From positions 25,108-89,107 of the forward strand of contig CAZXZO010000002.1 in NCBI GenBank assembly GCA_964645485.1: DNA of 64,000 bases. The letters run 5' to 3'. Made by a program: the position numbers and the translations under genes. Below are positions 10,333-19,575 of this stretch, one piece after another; positions within the stretch are counted from its first letter, which is position 1, and each line of letters starts with the position of its first letter. Under the pieces are notes generated by a model that was not told where the DNA came from, ran no database searches, and worked only from the letters and a program-made list of their open reading frames with translations. Source of the stretch: an uncultured Candidatus Poseidoniales archaeon. GTDB taxonomy: Archaea; Thermoplasmatota; Poseidoniia; Poseidoniales; Thalassarchaeaceae.

Positions 10333-10550
10333 GTTATTTCTAAGGGTGTAATTCTATATATGAACTAATTGCCGGACGTTGAAACATCGTCAATTTAAAT
10401 CAACTAGTTCATTATCTTATTAGAACTCATTTTGAAAACAAAAAAAATATTGGCGTTGGCGATTCTGAAAACGCCTCAAATTCGTTACCAACCAATGACT
10501 CCCTCCCGTCACCCTCAAGAGTGTTTGAGCCGCCGCTAACCTACGGTGCT

Positions 10551-11498
10551 ATGATGCGAGACGGTGACGATTCAATTCCCGATGCCCAACCAGCACCGAT
10601 GGTCATTGATGTTGAATTTGAGGAGCAAGAGGTACAAATCCCCCAGTCTAGAGAGTTTGGTCAAGCCGAGATTCGTGAACCGTTGGACCTTCCTAGGGCT
10701 GGGCCAACACCCGATGGACGTGCACGCGTTGTGACAGTCATCAATCAGAAAGGAGGGGTAGCAAAAACCACCACAGTCATCAACGTGGCTGCTCATTTAG
10801 CAATTCAAGGAGTAAAGGTGTTGGTTGTTGATTGTGATTCTCAAGGCAATTGTGCTACCGGATTTGGGATTGATAAATCAAGAATCAGGTATGGCACTAG
10901 AACTCTAATGCTAACTCCCGAAGATTCAATCCGCGCTCGACATGCAACTGGTGTTGAAAATCTCCATCTAATTGTTGCAGACCGTCAACTGGTTGGAATT
11001 GAGGAAGAACTGATTTCACAACTTGGTAGAGAAAGAAGGCTTGCTGAGGGTTTGGAGGCACTTCTTCCACATTACGATTTGATTTTGATAGACACTCCAC
11101 CTTCACTCGGGCTTGTTAGCATCAATGCACTAGTTGCTTCTGATGCAGTTGTCATCCCAGTTCAAACGGAGTATTTCGCATTAGAGGGTTTAGCCCTTCT
11201 TGCCTCAACGATTCGTGAAATCCGCCACCGCCTCAATCCTCGGCTAGGTGTTGATGCAGTGTTGATGACAATGCACGCTCCAACTTTGCTCAATGGACAA
11301 GTGGCTGCTCAAGTGAGAGAGACATTCCCAGACCTAGTTGTAGACCCACCAATCAGGAGGAACATTCGATTGGCAGAAGCGCCGAGCCATGGGACGCCGA
11401 TTCATATTCACGCCCCGAAAAGTGCTGGTGGTCAGGATTATCTAAACCTGTCAAATGCATTAATGAAAGTATGGGGATTTGGTGAAAAAGATGAGTAA
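10551..11498 (+). CDS. parA: ParA/Soj-family ATPase (copy 1)
   Basis: Deviant Walker A NQKGGVAKTTT, DCDSQGN, IDTPPSLG, PVQTEYFALEG, IRRNIRLAEAPSHG. Confidence 0.92.
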   Translation: MMRDGDDSIPDAQPAPMVIDVEFEEQEVQIPQSREFGQAEIREPLDLPRAGPTPDGRARVVTVINQKGGVAKTTTVINVAAHLAIQGVKVLVVDCDSQGNCATGFGIDKSRIRYGTRTLMLTPEDSIRARHATGVENLHLIVADRQLVGIEEELISQLGRERRLAEGLEALLPHYDLILIDTPPSLGLVSINALVASDAVVIPVQTEYFALEGLALLASTIREIRHRLNPRLGVDAVLMTMHAPTLLNGQVAAQVRETFPDLVVDPPIRRNIRLAEAPSHGTPIHIHAPKSAGGQDYLNLSNALMKVWGFGEKDE

Positions 11499-11964
11499 AA
11501 CCCCCAAAAAAGGTGATTCCAAGAAAGGCTTGGGTAGAGGATTGGGTGACCTACTCGCTCAACATGATACTGATTTACCGTTTCTTGGTGCATACGGGGC
11601 TGCATCTGGTGAACACGAGCATGGTTTGCCAGCATCTGCTGGTGAAGATGATTCGAAACAGTTGTTATCTGCTATTGAGAGATTCCTAAGAACTACTCTG
11701 AAAGAAGCAGAAGTTGAAGCGGATGGAGATGAAGTTTCAGTCGCTGGATTCATGACTGCTGAAATCAGAAAAGAAGGTGGTATCTCATTTACAATAAATG
11801 GTTCAAACCTGCCTCTAGTACCTTCTGACTTAGCGGCTCCAGGTATGATTGCTGGCAAACTTACTGATGACAGAACTAGCGCAGAAGTCGCAATGTTGCA
11901 GTGGGGGATTGAATCACGACGTCTGCTAAGCAGATTGTGTGAACACCATCTGCTTACTCTATGA
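11491..11964 (+). CDS. Hypothetical protein with ParB-like N-terminal GLGRGL peptide
   Basis: Overlaps the parA stop; GGTGA upstream of ATG 11491; begins MSKTPKKGDSKKGLGRGLGDLL. Confidence 0.75.
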   Translation: MSKTPKKGDSKKGLGRGLGDLLAQHDTDLPFLGAYGAASGEHEHGLPASAGEDDSKQLLSAIERFLRTTLKEAEVEADGDEVSVAGFMTAEIRKEGGISFTINGSNLPLVPSDLAAPGMIAGKLTDDRTSAEVAMLQWGIESRRLLSRLCEHHLLTL

Positions 11965-12655
11965 AATCGGAAATTTCATCCAGCGCTTTGCGCTGAAGAT
12001 TTGGGACTTCAGCATCATCAGCAGGGTAACCAACAGGCATCAATAACATCGCTTTTTCGTGTTCGGCTCGTCCCAATATTTCTCCTAGGAAACCCATTGG
12101 TGAGGGCGTGTGGGTGAGTGTTACTAACCCCATATTATGGACTGCTGTGATGAACATCCCTGCAGCTATCCCGCACGACTCTTGAGAGTAATAAGTGGGT
12201 GACCACTCTCCATTTTCTCTTTTTCTTTGGGTGTGGCGAAACAGTACTACTACCCATGGCGCATTGGTAATATGTTCTTTCACATGGTCTGTGCCTAAAG
12301 GTGTCAACACTTCTTGCCATTCTTCCGGTATTTTCTCTTCGTAGAATCGTTTCTCTTCAATTTCGGCAGCGTCTCGGATTATTGCTTTCAAGTCTGGATT
12401 TGATATTGCTACAAATGTCCAAGGTTGCAGGTGGGCACCTGATGGTGCGGTACTCGCGGCGATGATTGCATTCTCAATCAATGAGCGGGAAACCGAACGG
12501 GTTGAGAAATTACGAGTTGTTCGTCGTTTATCCATCATCTCAAGAAATTCAGAAGAACGCGCTTCCATTTCACCTTTGGAGAGTTCATGAAACTCTAGGG
12601 GCACGAATCCCTCTTGGCGCTCGGGCATAACTTGGCCGGAGCACTCATCAGACAT
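11954..12655 (-). CDS. Nitroreductase-family flavoprotein, iodotyrosine deiodinase (IYD)-like
   Basis: RRTTRNFS, TAPSGAHLQPWTFV, EEKRFY, YYSQESCGIAAG, LVTLTHTP, LLMPVGYPADDAEVPNLQRK parallel known IYD motifs. Confidence 0.85.
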   Translation of the reverse strand: MSDECSGQVMPERQEGFVPLEFHELSKGEMEARSSEFLEMMDKRRTTRNFSTRSVSRSLIENAIIAASTAPSGAHLQPWTFVAISNPDLKAIIRDAAEIEEKRFYEEKIPEEWQEVLTPLGTDHVKEHITNAPWVVVLFRHTQRKRENGEWSPTYYSQESCGIAAGMFITAVHNMGLVTLTHTPSPMGFLGEILGRAEHEKAMLLMPVGYPADDAEVPNLQRKALDEISDFIE

Positions 12656-12663
12656 CAACGGTT

Positions 12664-14016
12664 CTAATCGTTGCTTCCACAGTTGGAACAAGCAAGCGAG
12701 CCCATTGGGTCCCATGCTGGTAATACAACTGGCTTGGTATCTAGTGCCTTTAGCATGGCTTCTGTGAGATATGATTTCGGTGCTGCAATCTCAAACATAT
12801 ATTGGTCAAACCAAGAATCATTCATTGTGTAATATCCATCTTCACCGGAATTCTTTGCCCCCCATGAATTTTCAACACGCCACTTGCGAATACCGTTCTT
12901 ATCTACATCAACACCGGTGAACAGCATTGCGTGAGTCATCAGCGAATGATGATAGTCCAATCTGTTCTTTTTGTCTAGTCCGAACTCAATTCCATACATC
13001 TCTTCGAACTCAAACAGTTTAGCATCCCAAATCCCGAGTTTGCGGTGCATGTGTTTGCCGACATCACAACCCATCCAAACGGTGGTGCCATCTTCCAATA
13101 ATTTTCTAGTTACAGTTTTCATTTCTTCAATTGAAATATTCAGATACTCAACAGGCGGTCCACCGACCACATTTTGCAGGAAATCAACGGTGTATGTTTG
13201 CATCAATTCGTTTCTTGGGTCGTTTACCAGACAGACATAATCATTGTAATCAATAGTTACGAATTCTTCTAAGAATTCATGCGGCGTCATAGTTCCCCGA
13301 GTATGGTGATCGTTGTCTTTGTCCCTCCATGACCATTCAAACTCTGTAGGAGGAGTTCCGAGGTGAATGCACAGCAGTCTCCAAACGTCCTCCATTCGTT
13401 TATTTTTGTGCGCTCTAGCCTCAGCCTCTGAGCCACCATCATCAATCATTTTTCGGATTTCACTTGCAATTGAGCGCACGAGTAGGCGCAAGTTAGCATT
13501 CATCCAGCGAGTTGAGGAAGATGATTGAGATTCAGGGTAAGCAGATTTTGGCACCATTCCATGCTTGTTGATGACATTAATCGCCATGTTCCACTGGCCA
13601 CCATCCTCACTTGGATTATCAAGAATAAATCCAATCGTCCGGTCATCTAAGTCACGGTCTGAGGTGACAATCATTGCTTCCAAATTGTGGTTCGCCCGTT
13701 CAAATTTGTCCCAAAAATGTACAAATGCTTGGCTAAACTCAAATTCTTTGACATTCATTTTTTCCATAGCACCTGGCCGCATCAAATTCAATACAGCAAA
13801 TAGCCAACAGCGCCCACTGGCTTTTTGATTGGTTACTTTCCATTCATCAATCTTGGTTGAGAAGGTAAAATCTGTGGAGGCAACAACTTCACGAGAAAGT
13901 GCAATATCCTGAACCGTAGTTTGGGTCACTGCATTTTGAACTATTCTTGCATCTTTGTCAGCAGAGAACTCTTTTCTCAATCTATTGATTTCCTTAATCG
14001 TCATTTCACCGGTCAT
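12664..14016 (-). CDS. pepC: Aminopeptidase C / bleomycin hydrolase (C1B cysteine peptidase)
   Basis: QKASGRCWLFA (catalytic Cys), MTHAMLFTGV (His), WRVENSWG (Asn). Confidence 0.93.
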   Translation of the reverse strand: MTGEMTIKEINRLRKEFSADKDARIVQNAVTQTTVQDIALSREVVASTDFTFSTKIDEWKVTNQKASGRCWLFAVLNLMRPGAMEKMNVKEFEFSQAFVHFWDKFERANHNLEAMIVTSDRDLDDRTIGFILDNPSEDGGQWNMAINVINKHGMVPKSAYPESQSSSSTRWMNANLRLLVRSIASEIRKMIDDGGSEAEARAHKNKRMEDVWRLLCIHLGTPPTEFEWSWRDKDNDHHTRGTMTPHEFLEEFVTIDYNDYVCLVNDPRNELMQTYTVDFLQNVVGGPPVEYLNISIEEMKTVTRKLLEDGTTVWMGCDVGKHMHRKLGIWDAKLFEFEEMYGIEFGLDKKNRLDYHHSLMTHAMLFTGVDVDKNGIRKWRVENSWGAKNSGEDGYYTMNDSWFDQYMFEIAAPKSYLTEAMLKALDTKPVVLPAWDPMGSLACSNCGSND

Positions 14017-14102
14017 TGTAACAACCTCGCCCAACCCCACGGTAACTCGGTCAGGTCTAAGTGATTACTACTCTGAAAGTAAAATCAATTGTTACAGATT
14101 CT

Positions 14103-14654
14103 TCAATTATTCAGTCTTCGCACTGCAATAGCCATCATACCAAGAACGCTGATGGTTGCAATAGTTGTGAGTCCAGGCAAACCGTCACTATCATCATCAC
14201 AACCGTCACCTCCAGACTCAAGACCAGCAACCCAGCAGTCTGACCAAACTTTTCCGCCCCATCCAGTTTCAGGGTAAGTGCTTGAATTTCCATCTGAATA
14301 CTCTAGTGTGATACGATAATTCACGTACGAGTGGTCATTAGCAGGAGTCATCGTAGTAACCCAAGATTCTCCACCATCAGAAGAAGCCAAATCTTCAGGT
14401 ACAGGAGCATCGCAAACACCACTATTGAGACAAACCTGCCAAATCCAAGAAACGCTGGTACCATTGTTAGCAGCATTCTCATCCAGTGTTACAGTAATTT
14501 CGAATTCTACACCATCACTTGATTGAGATGGGGTGCTTATAGCAGCGATAGGTGTGCCCTCGATGTCTAAATTTTTGTTGACACCTCCTACATCTGCAGA
14601 AACCACAGGCGCCAATAGAAGTAGGCAAAGAACGAGCGCCAACCCTCGCTTCAT
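14103..14654 (-). CDS. Small secreted protein with C-terminal TM anchor
   Basis: Signal peptide MKRGLALVLCLLLLAPVVSA; C-terminal GLPGLTTIATISVLGMMAIAVRR. Confidence 0.7.
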   Translation of the reverse strand: MKRGLALVLCLLLLAPVVSADVGGVNKNLDIEGTPIAAISTPSQSSDGVEFEITVTLDENAANNGTSVSWIWQVCLNSGVCDAPVPEDLASSDGGESWVTTMTPANDHSYVNYRITLEYSDGNSSTYPETGWGGKVWSDCWVAGLESGGDGCDDDSDGLPGLTTIATISVLGMMAIAVRRLNN

Positions 14655-14709
14655 GGTTAAACGGGGAACCTCCTCCTTCATCAAACCTCATGTTATTGGT
14701 TCAACAATT

Positions 14710-15222
14710 TCACAGTTCTAATTCCCACAATTCATCTCCAACATGATGAATTGATTTCACAGCTTTACCAGATGTTGCTTTAATCATATCTGCAGCATTC
14801 ATTGTTGCCCACCCAATCGCTAACGGCTTGCTATGTTCTTGGTCGCGAATCCAAATCAGGTCTCCTTCAATTATTGATTCACAGGCGGAATGAATCCCTG
14901 CTGCCATGCAATCAGCACCATTCAGCAAAAACGGAATTGCACCATGGTCAACCTCACACCATTTTTTTTCAGGAGACCAAGCCAAACACCCGCGTAGTGT
15001 TGGAAATGCGATTCTTTCTCCTTCATCTTCTGGCAAAACTTCCATTGCTAAAGGTGATTTATTGACAATTAATAGAGACCAAGGACCATACTCGGCTTGC
15101 TCAAGAAAAGTAGACGAAAGGTCAACATCAAGGTTTAGTGGTTCACTCAAGCGACCAATCAAACCACGGATTTTTTTGTGCCGCACTGGCTTTCTCTGCT
15201 TCAACTTCCAATCCTTTGCCAC
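14710..15222 (-). CDS. PUA-domain RNA-binding protein (MCT-1/Tma20-like)
   Basis: VDHGAIPFLLNGADCMAAGI..EGDLIWIRD..KPLAIG..GKAVKSIHHVGDELW. Confidence 0.88.
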   Translation of the reverse strand: MAKDWKLKQRKPVRHKKIRGLIGRLSEPLNLDVDLSSTFLEQAEYGPWSLLIVNKSPLAMEVLPEDEGERIAFPTLRGCLAWSPEKKWCEVDHGAIPFLLNGADCMAAGIHSACESIIEGDLIWIRDQEHSKPLAIGWATMNAADMIKATSGKAVKSIHHVGDELWELEL

Positions 15223-15269
15223 GTCCTCCCCATGGCCTCATCAGACATCAACCCTGTGATTGGAAACAT

Positions 15270-16187
15270 TTACTGAATAAATTCCAATATATCCATGACC
15301 TCATGATTGTGGCCCCAGGTCAATTTCCCCGGTTTATCGAAATAATAGTATTTGGTCATGAACTGAGCAGGTGCGTGCGTGTTCTGACCGTGTGCAGGCC
15401 AACGTGGATTTGGTTCATCCCACTCTATGACAATCTTAACACTCCAACCAGGTGATGCAGTGCAACATCGTGCAGGTTTGTTATCAACTAATACGCGAAT
15501 CCATTCCCAATCATTGTATTCCACTCCTTTGCTACCATCAAAGCCGTCGCCGTGGTTGTCTGGAATTATATTTTCAGTTAGTGGCCTTACAGGTACATCA
15601 CTCCAATACACATGGCCATCAAACTCGTATAGATGCGGGTGAAGAGCCACGACTGTGTATTCATGCATTTTAACAGGAATAAAATGCCCAATCGGAATTT
15701 TACCACCCCCATCGATAAGTCTCTGTAAAGCAAGTTCGACTGTTTTCTTTGTAAAATTGGAATTGGTTCTCCCTGTTCTCAAGTTCTCAATGTTGACCTT
15801 GTTGTTATTGGCAGAGTAAATTTTGTACAGAGATTTCCCTGTATATGAGTGGTGGATTTTCTTTTGCTTTTGAGCATCCTTTGCTTTTGCCACAAGAGAA
15901 CTCCAGAATTCATTTTTATCAATTTTCAAGTTATTTGTTCCACTTCTTAATTTGGCTAACATATCCCTTTTTATTTCGATATCGTCATCAATTTTTGTAC
16001 GCTTTGCTGATAATGAATTGATATCAGTTTCAATACGTTTAATTTTCTGTTGATGTTTATTTACACTAGACGATTTTGTGTAATCGCGTAGCATCTGCTT
16101 AATCATTCCACTACGATTGCCGCTGGGGATTTGCTCCCAAAGCGCAAGCGAGTCATCATCCAAATACAAGTTAACTTTCTTACCCAT
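15270..16187 (-). CDS. Hypothetical protein, RHH-like N-terminus plus coiled coil
   Basis: MGKKVNLYLDDDSLALWEQIPSGNRSGMIKQMLRDY; AT-rich codon usage. Confidence 0.55.
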   Translation of the reverse strand: MGKKVNLYLDDDSLALWEQIPSGNRSGMIKQMLRDYTKSSSVNKHQQKIKRIETDINSLSAKRTKIDDDIEIKRDMLAKLRSGTNNLKIDKNEFWSSLVAKAKDAQKQKKIHHSYTGKSLYKIYSANNNKVNIENLRTGRTNSNFTKKTVELALQRLIDGGGKIPIGHFIPVKMHEYTVVALHPHLYEFDGHVYWSDVPVRPLTENIIPDNHGDGFDGSKGVEYNDWEWIRVLVDNKPARCCTASPGWSVKIVIEWDEPNPRWPAHGQNTHAPAQFMTKYYYFDKPGKLTWGHNHEVMDILEFIQ

Positions 16188-16266
16188 GTGGGTATATGAT
16201 AATGGGGTCATATAAAAACCCATGGGGTACACGAACATTCAGAACCTAGTTTCTTTTCCACATTTC

Positions 16267-16866
16267 ATGAACGGCGCATGGGGGGTTAGGAGAAATTACC
16301 ATGCCCATGCAAAAGAGATGGGGGGTGTAGCACCTTCAACTCCCAAGTTTTTCTTCATGCCTCCGATAGCAATAGTTGAGGCCGATGAAGGTGGTAGCGT
16401 TGACATCGCATTAGGAAACTCAGCAAATCAAATTGAACATGAGGTAGAGTTGGTTGTAAAAATTGGTGAAAATTTTGAGCCTGTAATGATGGCTGTGGGG
16501 TGTGATACCACTGACCGCACCGTTCAAGCAATTGCGAAATCAAAGGGGACTTCTTGGATCGAAGCCAAAGGATTTCCTGGTGCTGCAGTTGTAGGTGGAT
16601 GGATTCCTTACCTCGATGGGGATTACAACATCAGTCTTTCAGTGAATGGAAATGTAAGACAGGACTCTAATACCTCATTGATGATTCACTCAGTTAACAC
16701 TTTGATTTCAGCCCTCAAAGAGGAAGGCAATCTTTCAGAAGGTGATTTGATTTTTACCGGTACGCCAGCAGGAGTCGGTTCTCTAAATCCCGGTGATACA
16801 GTTTCAGCATGGATGCAAAATAAAGCCGGCGAAATCATCAGTCAGTTTTCCGGAATTTGTAAATGA
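16267..16866 (+). CDS. Fumarylacetoacetate hydrolase family protein
   Basis: IEHEVELVV, GCDTTDRTVQ, AKGF, RQDSNTSLMI, GDLIFTGTPAGVG. Confidence 0.9.
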   Translation: MNGAWGVRRNYHAHAKEMGGVAPSTPKFFFMPPIAIVEADEGGSVDIALGNSANQIEHEVELVVKIGENFEPVMMAVGCDTTDRTVQAIAKSKGTSWIEAKGFPGAAVVGGWIPYLDGDYNISLSVNGNVRQDSNTSLMIHSVNTLISALKEEGNLSEGDLIFTGTPAGVGSLNPGDTVSAWMQNKAGEIISQFSGICK

Positions 16867-16979
16867 ACCATAACGGAATTTTGTTCCAATTCCCAAAGGT
16901 CAGCAGTTGACACTAACTAGTAATCCCGATGGGGAAATGGGCAGGAGTCGTATTTTGTAAGCGGATTAGTAATGCAGGC

Positions 16980-17390
16980 TTATGGCGGTACAGACTCGTG
17001 AATGTTGAGAGTTTCACGGGCCTTTTCTGGGTCATCAACACTGAACACCAATTCGGTATCTCCTCTGTACTTAGAGAGAATGTAAATTGATCTAATATTC
17101 ACACCTCCATCAGCTAGCCGTCGAGAAAATTGTGCGAGAACCCCAGGCTCATCAGGCATCACCATTTTGAGAAGTTCTGAAACGGTGTAGTTGATACCCA
17201 TCTTGTCAAGTAATGCCTTGGTTTGAGGCACCTGCTTGGTAACCAGTGCAACGTTTGGCGCGACTCTCCCTATTGCACAAATTGTTTCAATATTGATATT
17301 TGCTTCTGCTAATGCTTCGGTAACTGTTGCTAATGACCCGGGCACATCGGGTAGTTCCATACTGATTTCCATCATCGCTTTCGTCCTCAT
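16980..17390 (-). CDS. Tandem ACT-domain protein
   Basis: ELPDVPGSLATVTEALAEANINI and MPDEPGVLAQFSRRLADGGVNI. Confidence 0.88.
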   Translation of the reverse strand: MRTKAMMEISMELPDVPGSLATVTEALAEANINIETICAIGRVAPNVALVTKQVPQTKALLDKMGINYTVSELLKMVMPDEPGVLAQFSRRLADGGVNIRSIYILSKYRGDTELVFSVDDPEKARETLNIHESVPP

Positions 17391-17495
17391 TAGTGGCGTC
17401 TATTACTGATTATATAACCCCCAACGGCTGAACTACTAGTTAATCGCGGCTTTCAAATAAGGGAAGCAGGTCGGCCGCATCCCTGAGGGATGATA

Positions 17496-17888
17496 ATGGC
17501 ACACTGGCATGGTATCTCAAGACGCAAGCCGACTGGCGGTCGCTTGAAGCGACCAAATCGCTACCGCGGCAAGCGCCGAACCGAAATTGCATCCGAGAAA
17601 CAATTCGCATCAATTGGCGAACCAGTTCGCAAAGTATACCGAAAGCGCTCAGGCCTTCAAACAGTTCGTATTCTAACTGACAACGTTGTCAACGTTAACG
17701 ACCCAAAGAAAGGGGTCACCAAGAAAGCTAACATGGTTACTGTAGTCGAAAGCCCTGCAGATGTCAACTATGTTCGCCGAAATATTGTCACTAAGGGAGC
17801 AGTTGTAGATACTGATGCTGGAAAAGTTCGACTCACATCCCGCCCAGGTAAGGATGGCGTTCTAAACGGCGTCCTAATTGACGAGTGA
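17496..17888 (+). CDS. rps8e: 30S ribosomal protein S8e
   Basis: WHGISRRKPTGG, RRNIVTKGAVVDT, TSRPGKDGVLNGVL. Confidence 0.95.
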   Translation: MAHWHGISRRKPTGGRLKRPNRYRGKRRTEIASEKQFASIGEPVRKVYRKRSGLQTVRILTDNVVNVNDPKKGVTKKANMVTVVESPADVNYVRRNIVTKGAVVDTDAGKVRLTSRPGKDGVLNGVLIDE

Positions 17889-17943
17889 TTTTCCCGTAGC
17901 CCTGATAGGGTACGAGTTCCCCGACAAAAGTTGAGGGAGAGCC

Positions 17944-18390
17944 ATGACCGACCATAATCCTGACCGAATTGTACTTTGGCCGGGATACTTCAATTCCAAA
18001 CTTTCTCGCAAACAAGGTCGCCGAGTCTCGAAAGAATCAGCAGTCTTGGACCCAACTCTTGACACCCTCGCTTTAGCGGCAAGAAATGTTGGATTAACCA
18101 AGATGAAAAGAGAGGCTGATACTCAGCATCCAAAACGTGCATCACAGAAAGAAGGTCGCCTTTGGCTTTCAAAGAAAGATTTGCAGGCAACTCTTGGTAC
18201 TACTTCCAAAGAAGCCGTAATGCAGACAATTGGAACCAAGTGGCAAAGCCAGCAACGGGAATTAAAGGAACAAGAGATTGCTGCCAAAAAAGCCGGTCCA
18301 AAGACCGGCGACAAGCAAGCCCGTTCACAGAGGAAGCAGGTTAAATCAAAGGGGCCAAGACGCCAAAAAAAGAAAAAATGGAAACTTTGA
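17944..18390 (+). CDS. srp19: Signal recognition particle protein SRP19 with basic C-terminal extension
   Basis: VLWPGYFNSKLSRKQGRRVSK, PTLDTL, HPKR..EGR. Confidence 0.85.
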   Translation: MTDHNPDRIVLWPGYFNSKLSRKQGRRVSKESAVLDPTLDTLALAARNVGLTKMKREADTQHPKRASQKEGRLWLSKKDLQATLGTTSKEAVMQTIGTKWQSQQRELKEQEIAAKKAGPKTGDKQARSQRKQVKSKGPRRQKKKKWKL

Positions 18391-18406
18391 GACAGTTTCA
18401 TCCATT

Positions 18407-19450
18407 TTACTCAACGGTAATTTCAGCTGTTGGCACTGCTCGAATCCAGCCAAATTCATCCACTCCTGCTTGAGTTTGAATTGAGGTAAGCAAATCATAC
18501 AGTTCTTGAGTCACTGGCCCAACTTGATTATTGCAATAAGATGTACAGACTTCACCATGACAAATTGCACCGATTGGTGAAATCACTGCAGCCGTCCCTG
18601 CACAGAAGCATTCGTCAGCCTCTAAGACAAATTGAATATCCACTTTTTCTTCCCTAACTTCGTATCCTTTGTGACGTGCTAAGTCAATAATACTCGCACG
18701 AGTTATTCCGGGGAGAATAGTACCGGTAAGTTCAGGTGTGTAGATTATTCCATCCTTCACACAGAAGAAATTGGCCGCCCCAACTTCTTCGATATATCTG
18801 TGATGAACAGCGTCCAAATAGATAATTTCAGCAAAGCCATCACTTTTCGCATTCTTACTAGGCATCATTCCAGGTGCATAATTCCCGATTGCCTTGACTG
18901 CACCTGAACCACCAGGGGCGGCGCGGTGAAATTCGTCTGAAACTTTCAGTGCAATTGGGTGCATACCTCCTTTGAAGTACGGTCCAACCGGACAAACATA
19001 GATCATGAAAGTGTATTCAGGTGAAGGTGCTACTCCAAGAATCGGACCTGTACCCCATAGAACTGGTCGGACATATAGTGCTCCTTTTCCGGTAGGTGGT
19101 ACCCAACGTGCATTTGCCGCTACAACTTGTTCAATAGCATTGAGAAACATCTCTTCCGGGATTGGTGGCATACCCAATCTTTTCGCGCCATCGGCTAGTC
19201 GCTGAGCATTTCGCTCAGGCCGGAACAGAACAATTCCACCATTTACGCCTCGCTGTGCTTTCATTCCCTCAAACAGCCCTTGCCCGTAATTTAGGACTCC
19301 AGCGGCTGGTGAAATTGTGATATCACCATAAGGTTCCAATTCACCTTCCTGCCACTGCTCACCTTGTTTACAAGTGGAGCGGTACATCACATCAGTTGGT
19401 GTGAAACTAAAGGTCATGGAGTCCCAATCAATTGAAACATCATCACTCAT
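18407..19450 (-). CDS. ilvE: Branched-chain amino acid aminotransferase
   Basis: LNYGQGLFEGMKA, LFRPERNAQRL, KAIGNY, EEVGAANFF, ILPGITR, GTAAVISP. Confidence 0.93.
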   Translation of the reverse strand: MSDDVSIDWDSMTFSFTPTDVMYRSTCKQGEQWQEGELEPYGDITISPAAGVLNYGQGLFEGMKAQRGVNGGIVLFRPERNAQRLADGAKRLGMPPIPEEMFLNAIEQVVAANARWVPPTGKGALYVRPVLWGTGPILGVAPSPEYTFMIYVCPVGPYFKGGMHPIALKVSDEFHRAAPGGSGAVKAIGNYAPGMMPSKNAKSDGFAEIIYLDAVHHRYIEEVGAANFFCVKDGIIYTPELTGTILPGITRASIIDLARHKGYEVREEKVDIQFVLEADECFCAGTAAVISPIGAICHGEVCTSYCNNQVGPVTQELYDLLTSIQTQAGVDEFGWIRAVPTAEITVE

Positions 19451-19575
19451 TTTCAATTCCCCTTGCCTGCCCACGGCGGCTCATTCAAACCGCAAGACGA
19501 GGACTCGGTTATCAACGGTTACCCTTTTTCGGGTTGCGAGGGTTCTTTGGGCTCTTACCATGTCGGGTGAATTGG

